DNA of 63,812 nt, the filler included, from Dugesia japonica (taxonomy: Eukaryota), in assembly GCA_001938525.1 (NCBI GenBank). It is 6 parts of 6 records of this genome, joined end to end, with 100 filler letters (N's around TTAATTAATTAA, not from the genome) between each part and the next. Parts side by side here need not be neighbours in the genome. Positions count along the whole stretch, not along the records: positions 33,003 to 43,683 come from MQRL01615519.1; positions 43,784 to 54,958 come from MQRL01629338.1; 4 more parts are not named here. One strand, 5' to 3'. Shown piece by piece: positions 41,110 through 54,958 of the stretch. The notes beneath the pieces were generated by a model, which worked only from the letters and a program-made list of their open reading frames with translations, did no database searches and was not told where the DNA came from. Both the position numbers and the translations under genes were made by a program. Positions within the stretch are counted from its first letter, which is position 1; each line of letters opens with the position of its first letter.

Positions 41110-41790
41110 TGAATCCAATAATACACAATACTATGCAACACAATAATATACAATACAATAAGATGCAATACTATACAATACAATAATGCACAATACTATG
41201 CAATTTAATAATATATAATACGATGATACACAATACTGTGCAATATAATAAAATACAATACAATAATATGCAATACTATACAATACAATGATACACAATA
41301 CTATGCAATTTAATACTATACAATACAATGATACACAATACTATGNNNNNNNNNNNNNNNNNNNNNNNNNNNNNNNNNNNNNNNNNNNNNNNNNNNNNNN
41401 NNNNNNNNNNNNNNNNNNNNNNNNNNNNNNNNNNNNNNNNNNNNNNNNNNNNNNNNNNNNNNNNNNNNNNNNNNNNNNNNNNNNNNNNNNNNNNNNNNNN
41501 NNNNGCAATTTAATACTATACAATACAATGATACACAATACTATGTAATTTAATACTATACAATACAATGATACACAATACTATGCAATACCATACTATA
41601 CAATACAATGATACACAACACTATGCAATACAATAATATACAATGCAATAATATGCAATACTATACAATACAATGATACACAATACTATGTAATACTATA
41701 CAATACAATGATACACAATACTATGCAATACAATACGATACACAAATCTATGCAATACAATGATACACAATACTATATATATATATATGA
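41110..41790. repeat. (CAATA/ATACA)-derived satellite with ~45-bp higher-order unit
   Basis: Repeated ATACTATACAATACAATGATACACAATACTATGCAAT; spans a gap. Confidence 0.9.
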
Positions 41791-42386
41791 TATTTGGTAA
41801 CATGTGACCACAGTGTAACAGTTGAATCAGATAAAAACAAGGTATAACAGTTAAATATATATTGACATAGTAAAAATGATGAACATTTTGTAGAGCGTCA
41901 ACTTGAAGGGTTAATTTCCAGTTGTACCACTACTACAATGAAGATATACAAATATATAAAACCACTTTGCGTCATTTGTAACAACTCCAAGGCGACAATA
42001 GTAGTTGAATTGGTTGGATCAAGACTAGTCACATAATAATAATTATAATCATCATCATCATCATATATGTATATCTGTGAATAATATGCACCCCGCCGTC
42101 ACCACACGACCCAGCTGATCTGTACAGATGCGAAATGAGCACAAACACACACACATACACACAGTAAATCAATCACAAACTGAATCAAGTCGCAAAATAA
42201 TCAAACTTCATCTATATATTAGTAATAGTCACAATTAAAACCCCTAAACCCTACAATCAACAATATATAATACTCGTGAGAACTGTAATAACCATAGCAA
42301 CGATAGATATTTATAATACAATACAATAAGAACGCTCAGACAAAATAAAAATAATCGAATAAGCACTAATTGATCAGATTTGTTAA

Positions 42387-42793
42387 TTAGGAGCCTGTTT
42401 GTGACTGGGAAAGATGTGAGGTAGGAGATGAAGAATCTGGTTTGAGTTGTTTAGCAGGAGAATCTGGAGAATGACGAGATAAATCAGGACTAGGATTATC
42501 AGAACCCTGATGAGTCACTGAGAAAGAATTTTCTTGACTGGGAGGTTGATTTGCTTGAAGGTTTTCTCGTCCCCGCTTAACAAGATCATGAAGTTCTCTG
42601 GTTAATATTTGCCTTGATTGATCCGCACTGGCGGGTATTTGAAGAAGTATGATTAAATCATTAGCATCAAAATGTTGATCCAATAATAAAAGTGCACCAT
42701 GAACCCCAGAATCAGTGAGGTTACCAGCATATTCTCGTAGATCGATATGCTCAATCCATGACATAACTCTTTCACAAGACCAAACAAGAACAT
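42387..42793 (-). CDS. PPFIA: Liprin-alpha terminal exon (third SAM domain plus Ser/Pro-rich tail)
   Basis: Acceptor TTTCAG then (D)VLVWSCERVMSWIEHIDLREYAGNLTDSGVHGALLLLDQHFDANDLIILLQIP...RQILTRELHDL, matching liprin-alpha SAM3; TAA at 42387. Confidence 0.88.
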
Positions 42794-43783
42794 CTGAAAC
42801 GAAATAAATATCATAATAAGACTACATATCATAATGACCACAGTAATCATTACAAAGATTTCATTGATTTATACGAAACTAATTCGTAACAGTGTTAGTG
42901 AATTGTTACAATTTCTAAAAGTGATTCGCGACACACACTAGCATCATCAGTCAGTAATTTGATTACATGAAACTATCACGAGCCTAATTGATTGACTCAA
43001 CAAATCATAAAAAATGAAGAAAGGTAGTGTGTGTTTATTATCACATTATAATTCACTATATGTTATTAACATCAAGTTAAACTTTTTTAATTTCAAATTA
43101 ACTTTTATATTAAATTAATGTTTAATATTAAGTTTCAAATATATTTCATTTGCTGAGAATTAAGTTCAACACCTGTTTAAATGTTAGCAATTATAGTAAT
43201 CGTAGTAAAACAAATTATATTTTAATTTAAAATCTTTAAATACTCTTTATAAAAATTACTATCAATACATCGTTCGACGAATTAAATATTGAAATTAATA
43301 ACAATTATTACAATGCAAGTCACAAAAAAATCAGGTGATGGTAATTTAAAAAATGCAGATAACTTACCTGAAACAGTGGGGGGGGGAAATTATTCTAAAA
43401 ATGAGTTATGACAAAAGAGATTTTGATAAAATGCTATGAAGACGGTTAAGCAATAATAGAATCAGCAGAACATTCAGGACTTAATAAAAGCATCGTTACA
43501 TCTATAATTAGACATCATAAAGATGGATGTGAGATTGCAAGACAAAATCGCGGTAGAACGAGGATCGTTAAATTATCTGGTAAGATATTAAATTATGTGG
43601 AGCAAATGATTGAAGAAAATCCATCAATTACTTCAAAAATATGAAGTTGAAGATTTTTGAAAATAAAAACGTCAACATGACTTNNNNNNNNNNNNNNNNN
43701 NNNNNNNNNNNNNNNNNNNNNNNNNNNTTAATTAATTAANNNNNNNNNNNNNNNNNNNNNNNNNNNNNNNNNNNNNNNNNNNN

Positions 43784-44800
43784 ATTATTGCGGCTGCAAA
43801 TTCCTGGAAGGTTTCATTTTCCCTTTGTTTCATTCCTGCCAGTTGTTCATATAGTCCTCAAATACATTTATTTTCTCGTTCCTTTACTGTTCCTTCCTCC
43901 ATTACTTTTTTAGCAATTTTTCCTACTTCCTTTTTTTACTTGATTAATGGGTGTCTTATCTGCTTCTGTATGTAGCATATAAAGTCTTTCCGGTTCATTG
44001 TTCTTGGTTAGTTTTTTAAAAACTTGCCATTTTCCATTCACACACCTCACTTCTTCGTCTTCATGCATATTATTTCTACTACCTTGACATCCTTTCTTAG
44101 GGCAATTAATTTTCGATGACCGGTTTTTTGACAATAACGACAGAGGAGTGGTTCATTCGTGCAGTCCTTACTCTTATGCCCTTTTCGTCCGAATCTTCCA
44201 CGTTTTTTCTTTATATAACGGGAATAATTTTTCTGATGACCATTGCGTCGACATTTACTGCATCGTCCTGGTCGTGAGACTGGCTCTGATGTCACTGGTT
44301 CATATTCCTGATGCATTTTGATAGCTTCTTCTAATGTTTGAGGTTTTCGATTTTTGATAAATGGTTGTAATTTTTTATCCAAGATTCCTTCAATATAGGG
44401 GTTGATGCATGCACTATCCTTTTCTGGGGACCAACTTTCCGTCTAAAGGAGTTGTCTAAACCTGAGAGCATATAATATTGGACTCTCTCCTTCTTGCTGT
44501 TTGCAGTATACTACTTCTCGCAATGCTTGTTTGAATTCTCTTGTGATTTCAAAGTTTTTTCGTTATAATTGTTCTATATCATTCCATGATTTGAACAGTT
44601 CACCTGTAGCCCTTATCTGTTGTCTGTTGCATTTTGCAGTTCCTTCCAGGTGAAGTGGTATCATATTGATTTTGTCTTTTTCTTCCCACTCAAAAGCTTT
44701 GGCATGCTCTTCATAGCTTAGGAAGAACTCGTTTATTTCTTCGGGATTACCTTTGAAGGATACACCGCGATATCGTTCTAATGATTTTCGTTGCATATTT
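43784..44800 (-). mobile_element. Gypsy-type gag pseudogene with CCHC knuckles
   Basis: FKGNPEEINEFFLSYEEHAKAFEWEEKDKINMIPLHLEGTAK; PQTLEEAI; CSKCRRNGH; CRYCQKTGH. Confidence 0.75.
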
Positions 44801-45379
44801 CTAAAAGAAGATATAATTACACACTAATTTACTTGGATAGTGCCAATTGGTACAACAATTTCCGACTCGATTGTGCTTGCTCCAATGAATGTTTGGCACC
44901 TGTAACACTTTAAAATATTTTTTTAATAACCCATCGCTACTATTTACCCTTTAATCTAAGTCATTCACTTGTTAACGTCATTTTTATCTCTTCACCCACC
45001 CTCGGTTTGTTTAAATTCGACGTCCTCGTCGAACTCTTTATTAAGGCTGCTGATTGATATCTACTCGTTTTCTGCTGATATACCATCACTGGGAGTTAAT
45101 TTTGAAGTCTCATTTCAATCCTATAATGTCCTTCGTATTTATTTTGCAGTAATTGACTGATTTTGTATTTGTTATCAAATTTGATTCAATAGCTAATTGT
45201 ATAGCTTGATTTAATATCGAATATTATATCTGATTTAATAATTGCTTTATTACTTATTAGTAGGTTATTTATGAGATAAAATCACTCCTTTGTACTTTAT
45301 AAATGTAATATGCTTATGAGAAATAATGAATTTTGTAATCCTCCCTTTTAGATACAATTCTGTTTTACTTATGAAATGT

Positions 45380-46360
45380 AATAATCTTTGTAATTTTGCT
45401 CATGAACTGTAATGATCTTTAAATAACTTTGCTGTCCCCAACGTAATATCCTTTTGGAATTTACTCGTGAAATACAATACTTTACGTAATTTGCTGCTGA
45501 ACTGTAATGTTCTTTGTAAACTTTGCTGTCTAAAACATAATATCTTTTCGTGATTTTCTCTTGAAATACAATACTTATTCACAATTTGCTGCTAAACTAT
45601 ATCCTTTATAATTTACTCTTGAAATACAATACTTTTTCGCAATTTGCTGCTGAACTATATCCTTTATAATTTACTCTTGAAATACAATACTTATTCNCAA
45701 TTTGCTGCTGAACCATATCCTTTGTAATTTACTCTTGAAATACAATACTTATTCACAATTTGCTGCTGAACTATATCCTTTACAATTTATTCTTGAAATA
45801 CAATACTTATTCGCAAATTGCTGCTGACTGTAACACATAATATTCTTTTAAATTTTCTCTTGGAATACAATACTTATTCGCAATTTGCTGCTGACTGTAA
45901 CACATAATATTCTATTATAATTTACTCTTGGAATACAATAGTTATTCGCAATTTGCTGCTGAACTGTAACACATAATATCCTTTTATAATTTACTCTTGA
46001 AATACAATACTTTTTCGCAATTTGCTGCTGAACTATATCCTTTATAATTTACTCTTNNNNNNNNNNNNNNNNNNNNNNNNNNNNNNNNNNNNNNNNNNNN
46101 NNNNNNTGCTGCTGAACTATATCCTTTATAATTTACTCTTGAAATACAATACTTATTCGCAATTTGCTGCTGAACTATATATTTTTTTATAATTTACTCT
46201 TGAAATACAATACTTATTCGCAATTTGCTGCTGAACTATATCCTTTATAATTTACTCTTGAAATACAATACTTNNNNNCAATTTGCTGCTGAACCATATC
46301 CTTTGTAATTTACTCTTGAAATACAATACTTATTCACAATTTGCTGCTGAACTATGATAA
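45380..46360. repeat. 58-bp tandem array upstream of gag
   Basis: Unit TATCCTTTATAATTTACTCTTGAAATACAATACTTATTCGCAATTTGCTGCTGAACTA, about 15 copies, some with a GTAACACATAA insert. Confidence 0.9.
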
Positions 46361-48863
46361 TCTTTATATAACTTTTACTCTTATAACTTATTTGCAAATT
46401 GCTTATGTCAGGAATAAACAGTAAAATTTCGTCACTTGGACCAGAAGGAGGCGCTAGTATTCGTTGCCTTCATGATTTGCATTTTGCTTGTACAGGCGCA
46501 ATAAATAATTCTGGTGACGAGTTAGTTGGTTAAATCCAGTAGCTGTGGCTACTATGAGACTTATATAAGCCTAGATCTGTATTGATCGTGTCCTCTGAAA
46601 AGTATTTAGTACATCCTGAAAGTAAGTTTACTACCGTTACTCACATCTAAGATTCGTTACCTTGTATAAGACGTGGACGGATTATCGCTTTCCGCCGAGA
46701 CTGGTTTTCCCTTCCGATCCCGTTGCTTTCCTCATTTTATAACAGTCATAACTACTCGAGCAGCTTGTGCGGCGGACAACTGAGCCGATCGTATCTCAGA
46801 TGTCTGGTTGATCAGACCAATTTCACAACTCCTAATCTCGGCTAGTATAATAGTTGACCCCTTATTGCACGAAGTCTTCCTGTGGGTTATGTTAATTTAA
46901 TTTTGTCACCTTCCTTGCTCCTAGGCGCGTTGGGAGTACCATTTAAGTAGCAGGCAAACTCTTCTCTCCGCCAAATTAATCTTTGTCAATTCTTGTTTCT
47001 AGCCAAGCTTGTGAGGTAGGAGAACTTCACCGTAAACCCTTAATTTATTTCATTTTTATTTCCAACATTATTAAGTTGCTCATACATATCACTCTAAGAT
47101 CCAGAGTTCACATTAATTTCACTATTCTTACTTTACTCATCTTGAATTTGCTTAATCTTTAACCTTAATATACTTATTTACTCAATCAAAGTATAATTAA
47201 CTTACTTTAATAATCACAATCCTGATGTGTTTTATATTCGTTTCCATACTTGTAGTTTGCTTTCTACTTCTTTCAAGATTCTTAATTTNNNNNNNNNNNN
47301 NNNNNNNNNNNNNNNNNNNNNNNNNNNNNNNNNNNNNNNNNNNNNNNNNNNNNNNNNNNNNNNNNNNNNNNNNNNNNNNNNNNNNNNNNNNNNNNNNNNN
47401 NNNNNNTCCTTTAATTCCCATAATCTTAATCTAATTTCTTAACTATTTTAATTTCTTACTTTACTAACTTAATTGCTTTAATTTCTTGATTTCTTACTTT
47501 ACTAACTTATTTGCTTTAATTTCTTGATTTCTTACTTTAATTTTTTAACTTTTATTTATTAATTATTCTAATTTCTTGATTCCTTACTTTAACTTTGAAT
47601 TTAATATTCTTAATCTACTTTGTTCATTTTAATTCCATCATTCTAGGTCTATTATACTTCCTTTGATCTTAATTTACTTTAATTTCATTTTACCGATATT
47701 TATTTTAATTTTAATATCATCTTCCAAATTCTCTTTTTTATTTAAAAATTTTTTTTTCACTTTGTCTTAATCTTATTAACTTTTAATTTATTCTAAGTTT
47801 CTTGGTCTATTTTATTATTATTGGTTTATATGCTTGACGCAATTTAAAGATTTTCTTTTTTNTTCATTCTTTTACTATTTCAATTTTATTAATACTAACC
47901 ATTTCATAGTGGACATATTTTGATATTCAGTAAAATATCCAATTTCATCAACAGTGAAATTTTATTAGTATTTTAAGTAAATAATTTTGAATTTAGTTAT
48001 GCAAGATTCAGAATATAATTTAGTCAAGAATTTCACGCGGGTATGTCGCGAAAAGCAGCCTGGAAAATAGGACAGAATCATTATTAATTTGTTAACAGAA
48101 CAAAAAATTAAATCGTATTAAATTGCATGTTTTAGATCAGGTCTGCTTATCAAATACAATCCTGGAGTAGGCGTCACTTTGAGAATGAATAACGGTCCTT
48201 TTTAGGACCAAAATTTATGGTTGCCCTTTATTTTATAATTATCGAAGAGGTTAAGGTCTTATCTTTTTATTATTTATAAATTATTTTTAGTCCTTAATTA
48301 TTATACTTTTATGTTAATTATACTTATTCATATCGATCATTTGCCATTAATTTGGTTTGGAGTTTATTAATATCCGTTTATCATTTTATAAATAAGTGTT
48401 ATATAATTTATCGTGCTACCTAATTTGGTATTACCATATAAATACTGCGAATGATTGTAGCGAAATTTAATTCGCTTAATTTTAACTCTTTTTTACTTTA
48501 CCGCTTAGATACACATAGATGCTAATAAGTTTTAATACATAAACAGTTAGATTCATTTTTAACAGTTTGTCAGAAGAGAGTTTGAAATATATTTGAAGAA
48601 AAAATATAATTTTATGTTTATTAATAATTTGTATTTCTTTTTTAGTATTAAAAGAATATTCAATATCTGGGCCAATAAACATGTTGAAATTTTGATCGCA
48701 CTAAAAAAATGTTAAATAGTTGAGTGTCAATAGAGTTTTCATTGTTGGGATTCTAAAGAACTTGCTCACCGTATTTACAATTATTGTCATATTCATTGTT
48801 TTTATGACAATAACATTTTGACCATTTAATTGATTATTATGACATTCATTTTATCATCGATTT

Positions 48864-51800
48864 TGATAGGTAGATCTTCAATTGTTAATTCATTTTATAA
48901 ATCAGAATTCATATTGTTAGAAATTTTATTTTTTACTACAACAAACTATAATTTATAAGATAAATAATTATGAAATAAAAGTATTTAAATATTAATATTT
49001 AGATATTTCAATTCCTATTGGGTGAGATTATTAATTAATAATTATTTCCTNNNNNNNNNNNNNNNNNNNNNNNNNNNNNNNNNNNNNNNNNNNNNNNNNN
49101 TTTAAATATTAATATTTAGATATTTCAATTCCTATTGGGTGAGATTATTAATTAATAATTATTTCCTCATATCCAAGAATGTATTTTTTTCGTCCACTTG
49201 TTTCCCGCATTGGCCTACATATATGTGTGAATATCACTTCAAACAAATTGGTAGCTTCTAATCTCTTTATCTTCTCTTTAGTTGGTGTTGTCACTACTTT
49301 GGTCATCTGACAAATTTCACAACTACAAACTATCTTCTATATTTGGCTCCACAAAATCTTTGCAATATATTTGTTTCTCATATATTCGTACACCTTTTCA
49401 ACTCCTGAATGATATAATAATTTATGTATTTTTTCTATTGTTTCATGTAATTTGTCATCCTGAATTTTAATTTTCTTGATCAAATCTGTTTCCTCAGAAA
49501 TGTTTAAATGATCTTCTTTTTCCTTTTCGATTATGTTCAGTATTCTCGTTTTAATCTTCTCTTTCTTGGCATCTTCATGTGGCATTTGACATTGTACACA
49601 TACCTCACATCATGGTCTAGATAACATATCTGCATTACTAGGTTGAATTTCTTTTCTATATTCCAAAACCATGTCTAAACTGCTCAGATAATTAATACAT
49701 GTCTGGAATTGGGATGTAATTGGTTTCTTTGTCATCATCATGAAAGTTAGAACTTTGTGATCTGTTCTTAGAGAAAATCTTCTACCGTACAAGTAATGTT
49801 TGAAATGCATACAGAAATAATAAACAGCCAATAACTCCTTTCGTGTAATGCAGTATCCATTTTTATGACTTGTTATTGAGTGTGATCCGTAAGCAACAAC
49901 TCTTTCTCTTCCTTCTTTATATCTCTGTGACAATACTGCTCCAATTGTATCGAAATTGGCATCTGTGTCCAATATAAATTCTCTGTTTATGTCTGAAAAA
50001 CACAATATTGGTGCAGTCATTAGAGATTTATTTAGAACCTCAAAATTATCTTTTATTTCATCTGTCCATTCTAATTTCTTGTTGCTTGGTCCGCTACACA
50101 ACTGCTCTAATATTTTTGATTTTCTTGCGTAGTTTTCTTTAAATTTCCGGTAATAATTACAAATTCACAAGAAACTTTGTAACTTCTTCACACAGTTATG
50201 TTTGCCAAATGTTCTTATAGCTTCTATTTTAGACGCATCAGTTCTAACACCATCCTTGCTAATTATGTTTCCAAGAAATTTGATTGCACTTTGAAAAACC
50301 TCACACTTCTCTGGATTAATTTTAAGACCAGCTTTCATTATTTCCATCAATACTTTTTCAATGACTTCATAGTGTTGATCTTTATTGTTCGTAAATATCA
50401 GAATGTCATCAAGATAAACCATGGCTCCAGTGATTCCGCCAACCACTTTTGTCATCATCTCCAGAAATATCCCTGGTGCCGCTGCGATGCTAAATAGCAT
50501 TCTATAAAACAATATTAACCGTGTTTCGTTGAAAACGCCGTTTTTTCTTGAGATTCTTCTTCGAACTCTACCTGATAGTATGCATTTCCAAAATCTATTA
50601 AACTGAATTATTTGGCTACATCTAACTTGTCCAGCATTTCATCGACATTAGACATCAGAAAGGCTTGTCCAAAATCCAAGCATATTCTTATGTCCTTCTT
50701 TTCCTTTTTCCAAATACAGATCAATGGAGAGTTGCATTTCCGAATAATATTATTATCGAAAAGGTTTTGGACAGCTTCATCAATTTTAGCTTCTAAATTC
50801 ATTGGTTGTCTGTACGGTTTTAGATTGATTGGTTCGCCGCTTTTGATTATTTTGTGTCTTGTCAGATGTGTGCATTCTACATCCCATTTATCTGTCATAA
50901 ACGCATCTTCTTTACTTCCAATTATTTTAAATAACTTTTGATCTTATTTAATCTTCAAAATATTTAATGCTCTTCTCAATCGATCTCCTTTTTTAATTTG
51001 TCTTCCGAATTTCGCTTCAGTATTACACATGTAATTTTTGACTTTTCATCCGTTTGCCTATCAATCTTTTGCATAAGCTGGTATCCCAAATTTCTCTGCA
51101 TACCTATTCCTCTTATCAGATCTGGTGTCACTCTTTCAGCCATAAAGAAAGTAATTTCTTTGCAAACTTCATCAATTATCACTCCAATTCTAACTTTACC
51201 AACAATTTTAAGTGTACTATTATTTTCACAACGCAAGCTTTCATCACTCATTTGTAAATTTACTTCTCATAATTTATTAAAACAACTCAAACTCATCACG
51301 TTAATTGAAGCCTCTGTATCTAATAGACATTCGACTTTATTTCCTTGAATTGAGACTGTCACACTTGGTCTTCCTTGCAATTTATGGTACGAAATTTTTG
51401 TTTTCTTTTCTGCTTCAACTGTTCCAACCCATTCTAATTTTCTTTCATCCGCAAAATTTTCCCTCTTTAAGAACTTGTATACTTTTTCTGTGACTTTTCC
51501 TATATCATCCCACTTTTTGACTCCTTGAGGATAATTACTCACTTCATTTAACAATGGATGACTCTAACCAACTCCTCTACTGGTGGAGCCCTGCCTTTTG
51601 GATACTGCCTTTCGGAATCACTTTCATATAATTCCTAATATCCATCGTTTGTACTGACATCTTCATTTTCAATCGCATGTACTCGATTATAACGGTTTCT
51701 TGATCTTTCTGCAGTCATAAATTTCTCATTGGTTCTTTTTATTTTCAAATTTGTGTAGCACTCTTCTGCTCTATGTCCACTATTGCCACATCGTTTACAC

Positions 51801-52745
51801 CTGACTTCTTGACATAACCTTCTAATATGGCCAACCTTTCCATAACCAAAACATACTTTTGGTTTTTGCTTGGACAATCTCAACTTATATGTCTTGTTTT
51901 ATGACAACTCCAGCACTCCACCACTTTTTTTCGGACAATTTTCTTTAGTATGACCGATCTTATGACATGACCAACATTCGATATTTTATTTTTCCTTTCT
52001 TTGATCCACATGTCTATTCACTGTATGATTTACAGGTTTCTGATAATTTCGACTTGTAACTCTCGCGTAACTTATAACTGCTTCAACGCGATCTCGTTTT
52101 TCCTCTACTCAATCTACTAACGTCATTGCTTTTTCAATTTCTTCTATATTCTCTGGTTTTCGCAACGTCACTTCTTCTTCAACATTTTGTTATCTGAACA
52201 ATATACTAGCATCTTTGCAACCATTTTTTCCTTAGTAAAATCTTTATTTGTAAATAANNNNNNNNNNNNNNNNNNNNNNNNNNNNNNNNNNNNNNNNNNN
52301 NNNNNNNNNNNNNNNNNNNNNNNNNNNNNNNNNNNNNNNNNNNNNNNNNNNNNNNNNNNATCTTTCTCTTTCTCAAATGCCATACGTAAACGAGACTGAA
52401 AACTATCAACTTTTTTAAACGTCTTTACATATTTTCCCAACAAATCTTCATCTATCAAACAAAAGACTAATCTCTCCTATTGTTTCATCAGAGTGATGTT
52501 TTTAGCTTTAAAATACAATTCACACCTTTTGATATATTTCTCAATATCATCTCTCTGCAGAACATCTTTGGTGATAACCTCTCAGTAAAAGAATCGGTAT
52601 TTACCACTGCCACCATGTTAGGTAGATCTTCAATTGTTAATTCATTTTGTAAATCACAATTCATATTGTTAAACATTTTAAATATTAATATTTAGATATC
52701 TCAATTCCTATTAGGTGAGATTATAAATGAATAATTATTTCCACA
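48864..52745 (-). mobile_element. Ty3/gypsy LTR retrotransposon (gag-PR-RT-RH-partial INT); LTRs 52616-52745 and 48864-49169
   Basis: Shared LTR sequence; PBS TGGTGGCAGTGGT (tRNA-Leu-like); CCHC knuckles; CLLDTEAS; VYLDDILI; ILDTDANF; TRKELLAV; TDHK; integrase N-terminus only. No clear TSD. Confidence 0.9.
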
Positions 52746-52794
52746 TAGATTTAATGGTTTTTGTATTTTATTATCATCATGTTACAATCAATTA

Positions 52795-52797
52795 TAA

Positions 52798-52863
<66 letters not shown>

Positions 52864-52942
52864 NNNNNNNNNNNNNNNNNNNNNNNNNNNNNNNNNNNNN
52901 NNNNNNNNNNNNNNNNNNNNNNNNNNNNNNNNNNNNNNNNNN

Positions 52943-53006
<64 letters not shown>
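52795..53006. repeat. (TTA)n microsatellite
   Basis: Direct observation. Confidence 0.95.
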
Positions 53007-54027
53007 TTGAATTATTGATTGGAAAAAATTATGTATATATTGTACGAAGTTAAATTACTTTTTCAGAACTGAATTTTAAGGTGATTAGCTTAAAATAAAA
53101 TTTTCGTTTGAAGTATTTTTTCAATATTATTAAATAATTTATTTTTTATTATCAATAAATTAAAATAGTAGGAAATCATTATTATCGGGATCCGATTCCT
53201 TTAATGAAGGGTGTCATCTTTCGGTAAACAATTTTTGTCGCGAAAGCTTATAGGTTTGACGTAAAATAAAGGGAATATAAGATTTCAACAAATATCCTTG
53301 GGTGTGATCGTTTTAAGTGTATCAAAAATCATTATAGGACTCACAGGAGAAATTACTATTGCTTTCTTACATATATTATAAGTAATAAATAATAGATATA
53401 TTAATATATATGGTGTTCAAAAAAAAATTTTATTTTTTTAAAATTTCTAACTTATAAAAAACGAAATTTCTTTTGGAATACCCTATACATTTACCACCAC
53501 AACATCATAATCACTCCTTATAAAAATATCGTAAAATATTTTATAATATAAAAATTTAATTACGATAGAATATAATTTAGAAAATTTTCATAAAATATTT
53601 GTTTAACTTTTTTCTGAATTTTTTTGCTGTTTGAATTAAATTAACTTAATTGATAAAGGCTTACATGTTTTCATTTATATTTAAAATCATTATGTTTAAA
53701 AAACAATTCTATATATATTTTTCAGAAAATTGAGTTGGCAACCCCCTGAAATAGTTTCTGTGTGTGTCCATGGATATAATATTTTAAAGTATAACATCCC
53801 AGATTTATTTTTTAAAAAATTCAATGTAATTTTAAAGTTCGTTTTCTAAAATACTAGTAAAATTTATGATTTTTTAACATGTAATTTTGAACAAATATTT
53901 GAGTTGGCACCATATTGATGAAAATATTTAGAAGAAAATTTTTATTTGCTTAAATGAGCATGTTGATATTTTTATTTTGTATTTAGTACTATTTAAACAA
54001 ATTTCATACATTGGAAATATAGTACAA

Positions 54028-54614
54028 ATGAAATTTTTCTTAGAGTTATTCTTGGTTTTTTTATTATGGTCACTTAATAAGGGTTAATTTATTTTATTTA
54101 TTTGAATTCATAATTAAATGCCTTTGATATTTTCAGCTGAAGAAGAAGATGAAGATTATCACATAGCTAAAACCAAAATGAATTATGATGATGCTGTCAA
54201 ATATTGCAAAGGTCTTTATATGAAGTTGGTTGGAATTGACGACGCTGAGACTAATGTGAGAAATTTCAAAATAATTTTCATATTATTTTATTAAATAGAT
54301 GGAAGTTTACAATTTAGCAGTTAAAATGAATCTCGGTTATTATTGGATTGATGGAAATGATTTAGCACAAGAAGGACACTGGGTTGATTCAGAAAATAAC
54401 AATATCAATTATAAGTATTTTACAAATAAAATTAAGATTTAATTTTATTGATTTTGGAAGATACTTTCAACCAGGGGAACCTAATGGAGGCCGAGGTGAA
54501 AATTGCCTACATGGATTAAGATATCCAAACGGTTTTTGGAATGATATTTCTTGCGGTGCACAAATCTCAGTCATTTGTGATTCTTTCTGGATTTCAGACG
54601 ATATAAAGAAATAA
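54028..54614 (+). CDS. Secreted single-domain C-type lectin (EPN/WND, mannose-type), 147 aa; exons 54028-54082, 54137-54255, 54299-54414, 54461-54614
   Basis: Signal peptide MKFFLELFLVFLLWSL; three GT-AG introns in consistent phase; AVKYC, YWIDG, QPGEPN, ENC, WNDISC, VIC; AATAAA at the stop. Confidence 0.92.
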
Positions 54615-54893
54615 TAAAATCAAATAAATATTTATTTGTTTAAATGAGTTTAATCTAATTTTATTAGTTGGATTTTAAAATTTACCAGGAATATATAAAT
54701 TTTTATTAAAAATGAAAAACCAATAGAATTTTTTATATTTACCATTGTTTTTAAGTAATGTTTTAATTTAATCATTGACATAATTATTCAATAAAAGTTA
54801 AAATCATTAATCAAATTATTTTCGAGATTTTATTATTTAGGTTTTAACTATTTTCAGCTTTCTGAGATAATTTAATTAAATTACTAAAATTTT

Positions 54894-54894
<1 letters not shown>

Positions 54895-54958
<64 letters not shown>
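54895..54958. repeat. (TAA)n microsatellite
   Basis: Direct observation. Confidence 0.95.

Noticed and set aside
41131-41568. Cys/Tyr/Ile-rich repeat ORFs
   Set aside because: Translation of the CAATA satellite.
43400-43683. Tc1/IS630-like HTH fragment
   Set aside because: Only faint similarity, cut by a linker; not supportable.
45380-46360. CRISPR-like array
   Set aside because: Units are head-to-tail repeats with no unique spacers; eukaryotic context and no cas genes.
48030-48065. Helitron-like 3' hairpin (CACGCGGG...CGCG)
   Set aside because: No CTAG terminus or identifiable 5' end.
50198-51493. Plus-strand ORFs overlapping gypsy pol
   Set aside because: Antisense shadows with no motifs.
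52727-53053. Poly-Tyr/poly-Ile ORFs
   Set aside because: Translation of a (TTA)n microsatellite plus Ns.
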